A program made the position numbers and the translations under genes. The notes beneath the pieces were generated by a model, which was not told the origin of the DNA, searched no databases, and worked only from the letters and a program-made list of their open reading frames with translations. A stretch of DNA of 64,000 nt from an uncultured Pseudomonadales bacterium (GTDB lineage Bacteria > Patescibacteriota > Microgenomatia > UBA1400 > CAYXSR01). The DNA lies in assembly GCA_964430265.1 (NCBI GenBank), contig CAYSEI010000002.1, positions 20,769 through 84,768 on the forward strand. Direction: 5' to 3'. Shown piece by piece: positions 1 through 9,072 of the stretch. Numbering within the stretch: the first letter of the stretch is position 1; every line of letters begins with the position of its first letter.

Positions 1-156
1 TTTCCTGTAATGGAGTAATAAAGGATGAGTAAATTCATCTATTTTACTCTAGCATAAATATAAAAAAAACAACAGCATTACTTTTATTAAAAAGTTGTTT
101 CTAAAAAAAGAATATTTTTCCGTTATTGAAATAAGCTGTCTTTTTTAATAATTTAG

Positions 157-336
157 TTATTCTGTTTCAGTATTGTTTGTTTCCTTAGGTTGATTTTCCC
201 ACTCTCTGTTTTCCCAAGCTTTGATGTCTTTCTCTCTTTCTTCTTTTCTTTCATGTTCTTTTCTTTCATGTTCTTTTCTTTCATGTTCTTTTTTTTCTTC
301 AATATGACGGTCTAGTTCGGAGCCTATTAATGGCAT
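157..336 (-). CDS. Small (59 aa) highly charged protein containing three tandem EHERK repeats. It is absent from the ORF track because it is shorter than 60 aa.
   Basis: Hand translation of the minus strand gives MPLIGSELDRHIEEKK(EHERK)x3EEREKDIKAWENREWENQPKETNNTETE. A strong Shine-Dalgarno AAAGGAGAAAAAT lies directly upstream of the ATG. The repeat is coded by the 15-bp tandem DNA repeat at 239-293. Confidence 0.3.
   Translation of the reverse strand: MPLIGSELDRHIEEKKEHERKEHERKEHERKEEREKDIKAWENREWENQPKETNNTETE
239..293. repeat. 15-bp tandem direct repeat (ttcttttctttcatg, about 3.6 copies). It is not a CRISPR array.
   Basis: Three perfect consecutive copies plus a partial copy are visible in the sequence. 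There are no spacers. The repeat lies inside the small minus-strand ORF, where it encodes the EHERK repeats. Confidence 0.7.
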
Positions 337-492
337 ATTTTTCTCCTTTTTAAATTTTGTATATATATTATCCAGTTTAACAGAAATATTTTTTTGTTAA
401 AATACCAAAGATTTTTACTGGTTTTATTGTTTCTTTTAATTATGAATTTCTGTTAGGATAAAAATAATTAAATATAAAGGAGGTGAATTAAT

Positions 493-639
493 TTGAAAAA
501 ATATGAAGGTTTATCAGGATTAGAAAATTTCTTTTATTATCTTTTTGTTTTTTTGTCATTAGGGGCATTGTGGCTGTACAAAGTTGCTTGTAAAAAGGCG
601 GTTGCGGAAGTATTAAATCAGGAACAGGGAAGTAATTGA
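493..639 (+). CDS. Small (48 aa) putative single-TM membrane protein with a TTG start.
   Basis: A near-perfect SD AAAGGAGGTG lies 7-8 nt upstream of the TTG. The translation is (M)KKYEGLSGLENFFYYLFVFLSLGALWLYKVACKKAVAEVLNQEQGSN, with a hydrophobic core and a positively charged C-terminus. It is shorter than 60 aa and so not in the track. Confidence 0.25.
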   Translation: MKKYEGLSGLENFFYYLFVFLSLGALWLYKVACKKAVAEVLNQEQGSN

Positions 640-776
640 AAGAAAAAAGAATAAAGATTGTAAAATACTATAATAATAAAAACATGTCAAATTGACAGCA
701 GTGAAAAGAGCTAGATATTAGAGAAGTTAGTTTAAATAATTAGAATAAATAAAGAAAACTAGCTAAAACAAAAAAC

Positions 777-805
777 TTGACTATCTGTTTGTTTTAAACT
801 AATCT
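777..805 (+). promoter_or_regulatory. Putative sigma70-like promoter for the 813 ORF, implying a leaderless or near-leaderless mRNA: TTGACT-17-TAATCT, with the -10 element ending about 7 nt before the ATG.
   Basis: The hexamers are seen directly in the sequence. The spacing is 17 nt. Confidence 0.25.
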
Positions 806-812
806 ATGGTTA

Positions 813-2936
813 ATGGAAGTACCTAAAAAAGAATCTGATACAAAACACATTAATCAAGAAAGCAATTCTAAAAAATTTTCAAAAAAGATAAATGTTTTTA
901 AAAACATTTATTGGTTTTTTGTTTCATTACCTCTTTTGTTGGTGATTATTTTTGTTATTTACAGTTTATTTTCTGATCCAGTTCCCGGACCTGGACCAAA
1001 AGCTTCACTAAAGCCGCCGGATAAATCTAAGTTTAATTTATCAATGAAGAAATTTACCTCTTTAGAAGAAATGAAAGCATACTTGGAGGAAGCATCTGCG
1101 GCTGAAGATTTAGGTTTTTATTCAATAATTACTCCAAGAAGTATGGAAACATTTGATATTAATTCTTCCCAGTCAGACATTAATGTTGAGGCTCCTATTA
1201 TGGGGATTCCTGAGGCAGGTGGTGGAAGAGCAGAAAGAGTTTCTGAAACCAATGTTCAAGTAGTAGGAATTGATGAGCCGGATATTGTTAAGACAGATGG
1301 AAAAGAAATATATTATTCACAAGCTGGCTACTACCAATATTTTTCAACACCGACCATAGATAGATCAGATGGGGTTGTTATGAATCAAGAAGAAAAAGAC
1401 ACAAGAGTACCTTCTAAGCCAGAATATCTTACCAGGATAATCAGGGGATTTCCTCCGGAAGATTTAAAAGAATACAGTAGTATTGATAAAACAGGAGACT
1501 TACTTTTGGTTGATAATATGCTACTTGTTTTTCCAAGCGGGTCTTACTACGGATCCAACAGTTCCCAGACAATTAACGGATTTGACGTTTCGGACCCGAC
1601 AAATGCAAAAGAAGAATGGGATATAGAACTGGATAGCCGGGTGACAATAGTGGATGCCAGACTTTACAAAGACAAAATATATTTGGTAACTCAGCAAAGG
1701 ATAAACAGAAATAAACCTTGTCCAATAAAACCGATGTTGGTAAACGGAAGAGAAATAGTGATGGAATGCAATGACATTTATTATCCCGGAGTCAATGCAC
1801 CTGCAGATGTAACTTTTAATGTGATGAAGATTAATCCCCAGAACGGAGAAATTGAAGAAAAGTCTTCATTTATTGGTTCATCCGGAATGTCTATTGTATA
1901 TATGTCTCCCAATGCCATATATACAACCTACACTTATTACAACAGTATTTTTGATTTTCTCTATGGTTTTTTTGCGGAAAATGCAGGAGATTTAATTCCC
2001 GAGTCAATTGTAGAAGATATGAAAAGAGTTAAAGAGTATGATCTTAGTGATGCAGCTAAAATGACTGAGTTTGAGAATATAATTGTGGAATGGATGGATG
2101 GTTTAAGCGAAGACGAAATGCTTAGGGTTGAAAACGAATTAACAGATAAAATGGAAAACTATGCCCAAGAAAAAGGAAGGGATTTGGAAAGTACGGGAAT
2201 AGCAAAAATTAATTTGCAAAATCTGGAAGTAGATTCAACAGGAGTTGTTCCCGGGCATCCTTTGAATCAGTTTGCTTTGGATGAGTATAAAGATAATCTA
2301 AGAATTGCAGTAACAATAAACAATGATCTGGGTGGTGAAAGCGCAAATGATGTATATGTTTTAGATTCCAGTTTGAACGAAGTGGGTTCAGTTAAAAACT
2401 TAGGATTGGACGAAAGCATTTATTCAGTCAGGTTTATTAAAGACCAAGGATATCTGGTTACTTTTAAACAAATAGATCCTTTTTATGTATTGGATCTGTC
2501 TGATCCTACAAATCCTCAAATGACTGGGGAGCTAAAAATACCTGGTTATTCTTCATATTTACATCCTTTGACTGAAGAGATGATTTTAGGAATTGGCAAG
2601 GAAGAAGGAAAAGTAAAACTTGCAGTCTTTGACGTTTCTGATCCGTCTGATCCCAAGGAAAAAGACAAGTATATGTTGGATGAATACTGGTCAGATATTT
2701 TAGATACGCACCATGCATTTTTACTTGATTCTAAACATGAGATTTTCTTTCTTCCAGGAAATAAAGGCGGATATGTTTTTTCATATGATGAAGGTAATCT
2801 TTCTTTAGAAAAAGCGGTTAAAGACGTCCAAGCAGCTAGGGCAATCTATTTAGAAGACTACTTGTATATTTTAGGCAGAGAAATAACGGTTCTGAATGAG
2901 AACGACTGGACTGAAGTTAATTCCTTAAGTTTTTAA
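813..2936 (+). CDS. Secreted or membrane-anchored beta-propeller domain protein (Beta_propel-like, about 707 aa).
   Basis: There is an N-terminal TM anchor followed by a Pro/Gly linker. Motifs such as DPFYVLDLSDPTNPQMTGELKIPGYSSYLHPL and HAFLLDSKHEIFFLPG are typical of the secreted beta-propeller family found in Bacteria and Archaea. Confidence 0.55.
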   Translation: MEVPKKESDTKHINQESNSKKFSKKINVFKNIYWFFVSLPLLLVIIFVIYSLFSDPVPGPGPKASLKPPDKSKFNLSMKKFTSLEEMKAYLEEASAAEDLGFYSIITPRSMETFDINSSQSDINVEAPIMGIPEAGGGRAERVSETNVQVVGIDEPDIVKTDGKEIYYSQAGYYQYFSTPTIDRSDGVVMNQEEKDTRVPSKPEYLTRIIRGFPPEDLKEYSSIDKTGDLLLVDNMLLVFPSGSYYGSNSSQTINGFDVSDPTNAKEEWDIELDSRVTIVDARLYKDKIYLVTQQRINRNKPCPIKPMLVNGREIVMECNDIYYPGVNAPADVTFNVMKINPQNGEIEEKSSFIGSSGMSIVYMSPNAIYTTYTYYNSIFDFLYGFFAENAGDLIPESIVEDMKRVKEYDLSDAAKMTEFENIIVEWMDGLSEDEMLRVENELTDKMENYAQEKGRDLESTGIAKINLQNLEVDSTGVVPGHPLNQFALDEYKDNLRIAVTINNDLGGESANDVYVLDSSLNEVGSVKNLGLDESIYSVRFIKDQGYLVTFKQIDPFYVLDLSDPTNPQMTGELKIPGYSSYLHPLTEEMILGIGKEEGKVKLAVFDVSDPSDPKEKDKYMLDEYWSDILDTHHAFLLDSKHEIFFLPGNKGGYVFSYDEGNLSLEKAVKDVQAARAIYLEDYLYILGREITVLNENDWTEVNSLSF

Positions 2937-2953
2937 ACATTTAAAGTGTTTAA

Positions 2954-3403
2954 ATGAAGAAAAAAGATTTACTGCCACCGCAGATTTTAATAATATTTAT
3001 GGCGGGCATGGTTTTTTTTCATTTTGTCTTTCCCATTAATAAGATTGTTTTCTATCCTTTAACATTTTTGGGTTTGGCTATTTTTTTATTAGGTATGGCT
3101 TTTAGTATTTGGACAGACAGTTTTTTTAATAAATATAAAACAACAATTAAGCCTTTTGAAGAACCGACTTCTTTAATTACGGAAGGGCCTTTTTTATTTA
3201 GTCGTCACCCGATGTATTTAAGTTTTATTTTTATCCTTATTGGGTTGGCAGTTATGTTGGGTAGTCTAACTCCGTTTGTATTTCCCCTATTACTTTTTTT
3301 AGTTCTGGAGTTTATTTATGTAAAAAAAGAAGAAGAACATATGAAAGAAAATTTTGGACAGAAATATTTAGACTACAAAAAAAGAGTCAGAAAGTGGATA
3401 TAG
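2954..3403 (+). CDS. Isoprenylcysteine carboxyl methyltransferase / phospholipid methyltransferase family membrane protein.
   Basis: The protein has multiple TM segments and an RHPMY motif. The C-terminal EEEHMKENFGQKYLDYKKRV signature is characteristic of ICMT/PEMT-family methyltransferases. Confidence 0.65.
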   Translation: MKKKDLLPPQILIIFMAGMVFFHFVFPINKIVFYPLTFLGLAIFLLGMAFSIWTDSFFNKYKTTIKPFEEPTSLITEGPFLFSRHPMYLSFIFILIGLAVMLGSLTPFVFPLLLFLVLEFIYVKKEEEHMKENFGQKYLDYKKRVRKWI

Positions 3404-3464
3404 TTTCTTTTTGATTCTCCTCCTTTTATCCTTAATGGGTTCGTAATAAAATTACTTTAGAAAT

Positions 3465-4139
3465 ATGGAAATAAAAAGAATAATTCGTTCTAAACGTAGA
3501 AGTATTGGTTTGCAAATTAATTCTAGAGGAGAGCTTATTATTCGTGCACCTAAAAGAATATCTATAAAAAAAATAAATAGGGTTATTGAAAAACATAGTA
3601 ACTGGATTAGAAAAAAAATAATCCAAGCAAAAAAGCAAAAAAGTGAAGTTCCGCAAAAGAAATTTGTCCAAGGGGAAGAATTTCTTTTTCTGGGCTTAAA
3701 ATATTGGTTGGATTTTAGAAAACAAAATAAAAAAATAGTTTTAGACAAAAAAAATTCCCTAATTTGTATAAGTGATAAAAACAAAAAACAAACTAAAAAA
3801 ATAATAAAAGAATGGTACCAAAACAAAGCTGAAGAACTATTGATTAATAAAACAAATAAATTTGCTAAAGAAAAAGATTTGAAAATAAACAAAGCCAAAA
3901 TATCTTGGGCAAAAAAGCGCTGGGGATCCTACAGTAATAAGAGTAGAAATATAAATTATAACTGGAGACTAATTATGGCACCGGAGTTTGTCATAGACTA
4001 TGTGGTAATTCATGAATTGGTCCATTCAAAACAATCTAATCACTCTCAAAAATTTTGGAAAAAAGTTGAACAAATGTATCCGGAATATAAAAAGGCTAAA
4101 AAATGGCTAAAACAAAAAGGTCATTTGTTAAAACTATGA
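3465..4139 (+). CDS. YgjP-like metal-dependent hydrolase (DUF45 / M48-like, HEXXH).
   Basis: A C-terminal HELVH zinc-binding motif sits in the typical WxxY...VIHELVH context. The basic N-terminus is characteristic of the family. Confidence 0.8.
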   Translation: MEIKRIIRSKRRSIGLQINSRGELIIRAPKRISIKKINRVIEKHSNWIRKKIIQAKKQKSEVPQKKFVQGEEFLFLGLKYWLDFRKQNKKIVLDKKNSLICISDKNKKQTKKIIKEWYQNKAEELLINKTNKFAKEKDLKINKAKISWAKKRWGSYSNKSRNINYNWRLIMAPEFVIDYVVIHELVHSKQSNHSQKFWKKVEQMYPEYKKAKKWLKQKGHLLKL

Positions 4140-4194
4140 TAAAGAATTAAATCAGGCTAAAAAAACACCCCACTTTTATATATAATAAAGTAAG

Positions 4195-4593
4195 ATGAAA
4201 AATATTCAAATTCAGAGTGATAAATCAGATCAAATTATTGATATTACAAGTAAAATAAACAAATTTTTAGACGAAGCAAAAGCTGATACTGGTCTATGTG
4301 TAGTAACAACAGCACACACTACATGTTGTTTAACCACAGCAGATTTAGATCCCGGTACTGGCAAAGATCTATTAGAAGCTTTAAGAAAAATGTTTCCTAA
4401 AGGAAACTACCGCCATCCCCATAATCCTGAACATGTAGGAGACCATATTCTTTCTTCAATTATTGGGCCATCAATCAGTTTATCAGTTAAACAAGGTGAG
4501 CTTGTTTTAGGAACTTGGCAAAAAGCAATATTGGTTGAACTGAATGGGCCCAGAAAAAGGGAACTCAATCTCTGTTTTTTGACAGAGAAATAA
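4195..4593 (+). CDS. yjbQ: YjbQ/UPF0047 family protein (secondary thiamine-phosphate synthase-like).
   Basis: TTAHTTCCLT, HxGDH and GTWQ...L.E..GPR motifs match YjbQ along the full 132-aa length. Confidence 0.85.
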   Translation: MKNIQIQSDKSDQIIDITSKINKFLDEAKADTGLCVVTTAHTTCCLTTADLDPGTGKDLLEALRKMFPKGNYRHPHNPEHVGDHILSSIIGPSISLSVKQGELVLGTWQKAILVELNGPRKRELNLCFLTEK

Positions 4594-4613
4594 TTAAGTG
4601 CTATGCTTAAATT

Positions 4614-5093
4614 GTGAAAAGGATACTGCCCTTAACTATCTTATTGTTTCTAATATTTACTTCTGTATCTTTTGCTGCCGGGTTTAGTTTAAAATCAATT
4701 AATGGTGTAAGTACGGACGGAACCTGGTCATCTCAATGGTATCATACTGACTTACAGCCGACACTTAGCGGAGATGCACCAGCAGAAACTGAATTAAAAA
4801 TTCTAGTTGACGGTCAGGAATACACAACTACAGCTACAGATGAGGGTCAATGGTCCTGGACGGCACCTGAGTCTCTTTCTGCGGGAGATCATAATATGGT
4901 TTTACAAAACAGCGGAGGAGAAATTAGTTTTACCTTAACGCTGGGTGAAGAAAATGTAGATACAAATAAGTTTGCTTCAGGTAGTGGTAGTAAAATGCCT
5001 ACTGTGGGTATAGTCAGTCCTACTTTTTTTCTTTTAGGAGCAGGGACAATTCTATTGTTAATGCCCAAATTAAAAGAAGTTCTTCTTAAATAA
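4614..5093 (+). CDS. Small secreted Ig-like surface protein with a C-terminal sorting signal (MPTVG-IVSPT + TM + basic tail). GTG start.
   Basis: A signal peptide is present. The C-terminus KMPTVGIVSPTFFLLGAGTILLLMPKLKEVLLK carries the same motif seen in the ORFs ending at 34411 and 37543. Confidence 0.55.
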   Translation: MKRILPLTILLFLIFTSVSFAAGFSLKSINGVSTDGTWSSQWYHTDLQPTLSGDAPAETELKILVDGQEYTTTATDEGQWSWTAPESLSAGDHNMVLQNSGGEISFTLTLGEENVDTNKFASGSGSKMPTVGIVSPTFFLLGAGTILLLMPKLKEVLLK

Positions 5094-5122
5094 ATAACAT
5101 TTCCTGATAAAATAAAGGGGAA

Positions 5123-5926
5123 ATGTTTAGATTTTTTAAAAAATACCAAGCTACTTTTAATACCCAAATCAAAAATACCTTTGTTTACAGAGGAATGCTA
5201 ATAATTTGGATGATTGGTTGGTTATTATCTTTTTTAACTTCTGTCTTTCTCTGGAATTCTGCCCAAACAAAAGGAAGTTTAGCCGGTTTTACTAAGGACC
5301 AAATTATAAGTTATTATTTTATTGGTATGTTTGTCTGGCAGGTAGTTGGATGGTTTCCGTTTTATACAATAATAGAGAAAATAAGAAACGGAGAAATATC
5401 TAATATGGTTATAAAACCAATCAATTTTTATTGGTATATGTTTGTTCAAGAGCTTGCTTGGCACGTAGTTAATACTTTTATTTTTTCTTTATTGTTGTTT
5501 TTTATCTTTTTTTTAGTTAGAGCTAATCTTTTTTTGCAGTTTCAATTATCTAGTGTTTTCCTCTTTATCTTAGCTTTAGCAATTGCTGCTTTTATTGTTT
5601 TTGGGATGTCTATGATTTTAAGCACACTGGCTTTTTGGTTAATTCGTGCACAAGGAGTGGCTTCTTTATTTTGGATTCTTTTGTCCCTTTTAGGAGGGCA
5701 AATGCTTCCATTACGTTTTTTTCCCAGCCAATATCAGACTTTTATCAATATTACTCCTTTTAGGTTCATGTATTCTTTCCCTATTGAAATTCTCTTGGAA
5801 GATATGGGTAAAAATGAACTAATTTATTCTTTTTCCTTGGGAATTTTTTGGGTAATATTTTTTTACTGGCTTTTTCATTTATTATGGCAAAGAGGATTAA
5901 AAAATTTTACTGCCTGGGGAAGTTAA
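5123..5926 (+). CDS. ABC-2 family transporter permease (ABC2_membrane_6-like).
   Basis: Six TM segments. The N-terminus FKKY...NTFVYRG and overall architecture resemble ABC-2 permeases. No ATPase is adjacent. Confidence 0.55.
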   Translation: MFRFFKKYQATFNTQIKNTFVYRGMLIIWMIGWLLSFLTSVFLWNSAQTKGSLAGFTKDQIISYYFIGMFVWQVVGWFPFYTIIEKIRNGEISNMVIKPINFYWYMFVQELAWHVVNTFIFSLLLFFIFFLVRANLFLQFQLSSVFLFILALAIAAFIVFGMSMILSTLAFWLIRAQGVASLFWILLSLLGGQMLPLRFFPSQYQTFINITPFRFMYSFPIEILLEDMGKNELIYSFSLGIFWVIFFYWLFHLLWQRGLKNFTAWGS

Positions 5927-6721
5927 ATGAGGATCAAAAGGTATTTAAAACTGTTTTTGGAGTTTTTTAGATTTAGTTTTAAGGCTGATATTGAATTTCG
6001 CGGTAATCTGATATTTTATACAATTGAAAATATTTTGTGGCTGATTTTAGCAGTTGTAGGTATAAACTTAATATTCGGACAGATACATTCAATTGCAGGT
6101 TGGACAAAAAATGAAGTTTTTTTAGTGTTATTTATTGGTGCATTGTTTAGTGATTTATCTTGGACTTTAATATTTCGAAATTTAAACAAGTTTTCTCAGC
6201 TAATAAGAGAAGGAACTTTAGACTATTATCTTTTGAAACCTACTAACTTGCGTTTTTTACTATCTTTTCGAATCATAGAATTTGATCACTGGATAAGAAT
6301 TGTTCTGGAATTATTTTTAATTTATAAATACACACTTTTAACTAGCGGGTATTTATCATTTTTAAACATATTGTTATTTATTTTTGTTTTTATCTGCGGT
6401 TTTATTATTTTTTATTCAATATTTTTTGCAGCAACAATAACTAATATCTGGTTTGTTAAACTGGAAAACTTGGTTCATTTGTTTCAAAATATAAAAAATA
6501 TGGGTGATCGCCCGGTATATATTTATAAAAAAGGTTTTTTATTCTTTTTTTCCTTTATTCTGCCAATTGGATATATTGCCACCTTTCCTGCTCAGGCTTT
6601 GATGGGGGAAATAAGTACAATAAAATTAATTGCTGGTCCTATTTTGGCAATATTTCTTTATTGGCTATCGCATAGATTTTTCAAATTCGCCTTAAAATAT
6701 TATTCGTCAGCTTCAAGCTAA
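5927..6721 (+). CDS. ABC-2 family transporter permease, partner of the 5123 ORF.
   Basis: The IREGTLDYYLLKP motif is a hallmark of the ABC-2 permease family. The protein is polytopic. Confidence 0.6.
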   Translation: MRIKRYLKLFLEFFRFSFKADIEFRGNLIFYTIENILWLILAVVGINLIFGQIHSIAGWTKNEVFLVLFIGALFSDLSWTLIFRNLNKFSQLIREGTLDYYLLKPTNLRFLLSFRIIEFDHWIRIVLELFLIYKYTLLTSGYLSFLNILLFIFVFICGFIIFYSIFFAATITNIWFVKLENLVHLFQNIKNMGDRPVYIYKKGFLFFFSFILPIGYIATFPAQALMGEISTIKLIAGPILAIFLYWLSHRFFKFALKYYSSASS

Positions 6722-6744
6722 AACTTAGTATTAAACCTGTTAAC

Positions 6745-6772
6745 TTGACAAAAAATAGTAAAAGAGTATAAT
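6745..6772 (+). promoter_or_regulatory. Near-consensus sigma70 promoter TTGACA-16-TATAAT upstream of the DUF134 operon.
   Basis: Both hexamers are perfect in the sequence. The promoter lies about 45 nt upstream of the 6818 start. Confidence 0.45.
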
Positions 6773-6817
6773 AAGTTATGAACCATAGTTCAAAAGTTAA
6801 TTGATTAAATTAAAAAC

Positions 6818-7327
6818 ATGGTAAGACCAAAAAAACCAAGAACAATATCGCAAAAACCAAAAAACAGGTATTTCAAGCCTCGCTCTGTCCCATTGAATAA
6901 ACTGGAGCAAATAGAGCTTAAATTTGAAGAGCTGGAAGCGATTAAACTAGCTGATTTGAAAGATATGACGCATCAACAAGCATCGAAATTAATGAATATT
7001 TCTCGGCCAACGTTTACAAGGGTATTACAGTCAGCACGTTATAAAGTTGCCAAGGCGCTTAATAATGGCCAGGCAATTGAAATTAAAGGAGGTGAATATA
7101 AAATGAGTCCAAGAGGAAGAGGGTTTGGTCCAGGAAAAAGACAAGGTAGAGGTAGAGCAGCTGGTGGAAGAGGAAGAGGTAGGATGGGAGGACCTTTTGC
7201 AGCCGGTCCAGGGGGAAAATGTGTTTGCACAAATCCGGACTGTAAAAATGAAATAGAACATTTAGTAGGACAGCCCTGTTATCAAAAAAAATGTCCTAAG
7301 TGTGGAAGTCCAATGGTAAGAGAATAA
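6818..7327 (+). CDS. DUF134/UPF0251 predicted DNA-binding protein with a C-terminal Arg/Gly-rich (RGG) tract and a four-Cys zinc-ribbon extension.
   Basis: FKPRSVP...LKFEELEAIKLADL...ISRPTFTRVLQSARYKVAKALNNGQAIEIKGG matches DUF134 end to end. The tail GRGRAAGGRGRGR...CVCTNPDCKN...CPKCGSP is an add-on. Confidence 0.8.
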   Translation: MVRPKKPRTISQKPKNRYFKPRSVPLNKLEQIELKFEELEAIKLADLKDMTHQQASKLMNISRPTFTRVLQSARYKVAKALNNGQAIEIKGGEYKMSPRGRGFGPGKRQGRGRAAGGRGRGRMGGPFAAGPGGKCVCTNPDCKNEIEHLVGQPCYQKKCPKCGSPMVRE

Positions 7328-7365
7328 GTACAATTTAATAAAATATTAAAGAAGGGATTGCTGAT

Positions 7366-7752
7366 ATGACAAAAATTGCAATTGCAGCAACTGGGAATAG
7401 TAAACAAGATCAAGTAGATTCTCATTTTGGCAGGTGTCCGTATTTTTTCTTTGTCGACACTGAAAATGAAGAATATCATGCAGTTGAAAACCAGGCACAA
7501 AAAGCTTATGGAGGTGCGGGAATTTCAGCAGCTCAATTGATTGTTGATTCAAAAGCTGAAGCAGTGATAACAAAAAATATTGGGCCCAAAGCAGTTAGTG
7601 TTTTAAGTCAAACAGATGTAGATATATATCTGGCAGAGAAAGAACAAAATATTGAGCAAGCACTTAATGCCTTTAAAAAAGGTAAACTGGAAAAAATAAT
7701 AAAAGCAAATGTAGACATGGGAAGAGGCGGAAGAAGTAGAAAAAGTATTTAA
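7366..7752 (+). CDS. NifX/NifB-like dinitrogenase FeMo-cofactor-binding domain protein (Nitro_FeMo-Co family).
   Basis: HFGRCPYFFFVD, a central GGAG and the C-terminal VITKNIGPKA are typical of this domain. Confidence 0.8.
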   Translation: MTKIAIAATGNSKQDQVDSHFGRCPYFFFVDTENEEYHAVENQAQKAYGGAGISAAQLIVDSKAEAVITKNIGPKAVSVLSQTDVDIYLAEKEQNIEQALNAFKKGKLEKIIKANVDMGRGGRSRKSI

Positions 7753-7818
7753 ATTATTAAATAGAAAATATTAAAGTTTTGTAGATTTAAAAGAACTTAA
7801 TTATCAAATAAGGGAAAA

Positions 7819-9072
7819 ATGAATAATATAATGCAACTCAAAAAAGGTGAAAAGGTAGCACGCTCAGCCTTGATTTTAGAATCAATCTTGGCTGCAAGCA
7901 AAGCTATTGTCGGATACTTAAGTGGTAGTTTGGTTTTAATATCGGATGCAGTTCACAGTGCATCTGATCTTTTGCCTATTTTTGCCAGCTATTTGGGATT
8001 AAAAATTGCACAAAAAGATCCGGATGAGAAGTTTGCTTACGGATATTATAAAGCGGAAAATATTGCTTCTGCTATGGTTTCTGTATTAGTCCTTTTTGCC
8101 GGATATAAAGTTATTAGTTCTGGAATAAATAACCTGGATAAAATATCCTCCCCTAATATTCCTTTTATTGCTATGGCGGTGTCATTAGTAGATGCAGTTG
8201 TGCTTTTCTTTTTTGGTAAGTATGAAATTAAAGTGGCGGAGGAAATTAATTCAAACAGTTTAAAAACCATGGGTAAAGAAAACCGTACTCATATTTTTAC
8301 TTCTTCTACTGTGCTTGTGGGTATTTTAGCCAGCTACTTGGGAATTCCTTATTTAGAAGGAATATTTACAATCGGAATTTCCTTTTTAATATTTGAAATT
8401 GGGTTGACTTCAGGAAAGGATGCAATATTGGCTTTAATGGATGTTGTTCCGCAAAAAGAAATTGAAGAAAAAATTGCAAAAGCAATTGCTTCAGTTCCAG
8501 GAATTGAGGAATATTATGATTTAAAATTAAGACGTTCAGGACCATATATTTTAGGTGAAACTAAGGTAGGGGTAAGAAAATCGATTGATGTTAAAAAATC
8601 TCACGAAATCTCTGAAAAAGTGGAAGAAGCTGTTAAAAAAGAAGTTCAAGTAGTAGATTCTTTTACAGTTCATGTTGAACCGTTCAAAAGTGAGTATCAA
8701 CACCTTGTTTTACCAGTTAAGAGCAAAAAGGGTTTGCAAGCAGAAATTGCTCCCCAATTCGGCAGAGCTGCGTATTTCCTTTTTGTTAATTTGAAAAAGA
8801 ATGAAGTTAAAGGACATTTTACAACTGAAAATAAATATAAAAATAAAAAGGTTAGAGCTGGATTGGAAGCTGCAAAAATGATTGTACAAAAGAAGAGTAC
8901 TGCAGTTATAACTAGTGAGATGGGTGAAATTACTTTTCATTTTCTTAGGGATAATCTTTTTGATATTTTTAAAACAAGTGATAATAAAGCAGAAGGTGCA
9001 ATTGGAAAATTTAAAAAAGGACAATTAGAAATGTTGAAGCAGCCTACTAAGAAAGCAGAAGGAAATGAATAG
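7819..9072 (+). CDS. Cation diffusion facilitator (CDF) transporter fused to a C-terminal NifX-like (Nitro_FeMo-Co) domain.
   Basis: A CDF transmembrane domain (HSASDLL, six TM) and a CDF C-terminal domain are followed by QFGRAAYFLFVN...AVITSEMGE, which resembles the 7366 ORF. Confidence 0.8.
   Translation: MNNIMQLKKGEKVARSALILESILAASKAIVGYLSGSLVLISDAVHSASDLLPIFASYLGLKIAQKDPDEKFAYGYYKAENIASAMVSVLVLFAGYKVISSGINNLDKISSPNIPFIAMAVSLVDAVVLFFFGKYEIKVAEEINSNSLKTMGKENRTHIFTSSTVLVGILASYLGIPYLEGIFTIGISFLIFEIGLTSGKDAILALMDVVPQKEIEEKIAKAIASVPGIEEYYDLKLRRSGPYILGETKVGVRKSIDVKKSHEISEKVEEAVKKEVQVVDSFTVHVEPFKSEYQHLVLPVKSKKGLQAEIAPQFGRAAYFLFVNLKKNEVKGHFTTENKYKNKKVRAGLEAAKMIVQKKSTAVITSEMGEITFHFLRDNLFDIFKTSDNKAEGAIGKFKKGQLEMLKQPTKKAEGNE

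Noticed and set aside
239-293. Possible CRISPR-like array.
   Set aside because: Only 15-bp units that are directly adjacent, with no spacers. It is a coding tandem repeat.
2936-2954. AAACA-tttaaag-TGTTT inverted repeat as a terminator.
   Set aside because: A 5-bp AT-rich stem with no T tract. It is more likely incidental intergenic sequence.
3432-3898. Two minus-strand hydrophobic ORFs (79 and 148 aa) overlapping the YgjP-like gene.
   Set aside because: The plus-strand ORF carries a canonical HEXXH motif and family-wide similarity. The antisense ORFs are low-complexity Phe/Leu/Ile runs typical of shadow frames in AT-rich DNA.
7031-7261. Antisense ORFs (76 and 63 aa, PLPLPPAALPLP-like) inside the DUF134 gene.
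   Set aside because: They arise from the GC- and purine-rich RGG-coding segment. They have no start context and sit opposite a well-supported gene.
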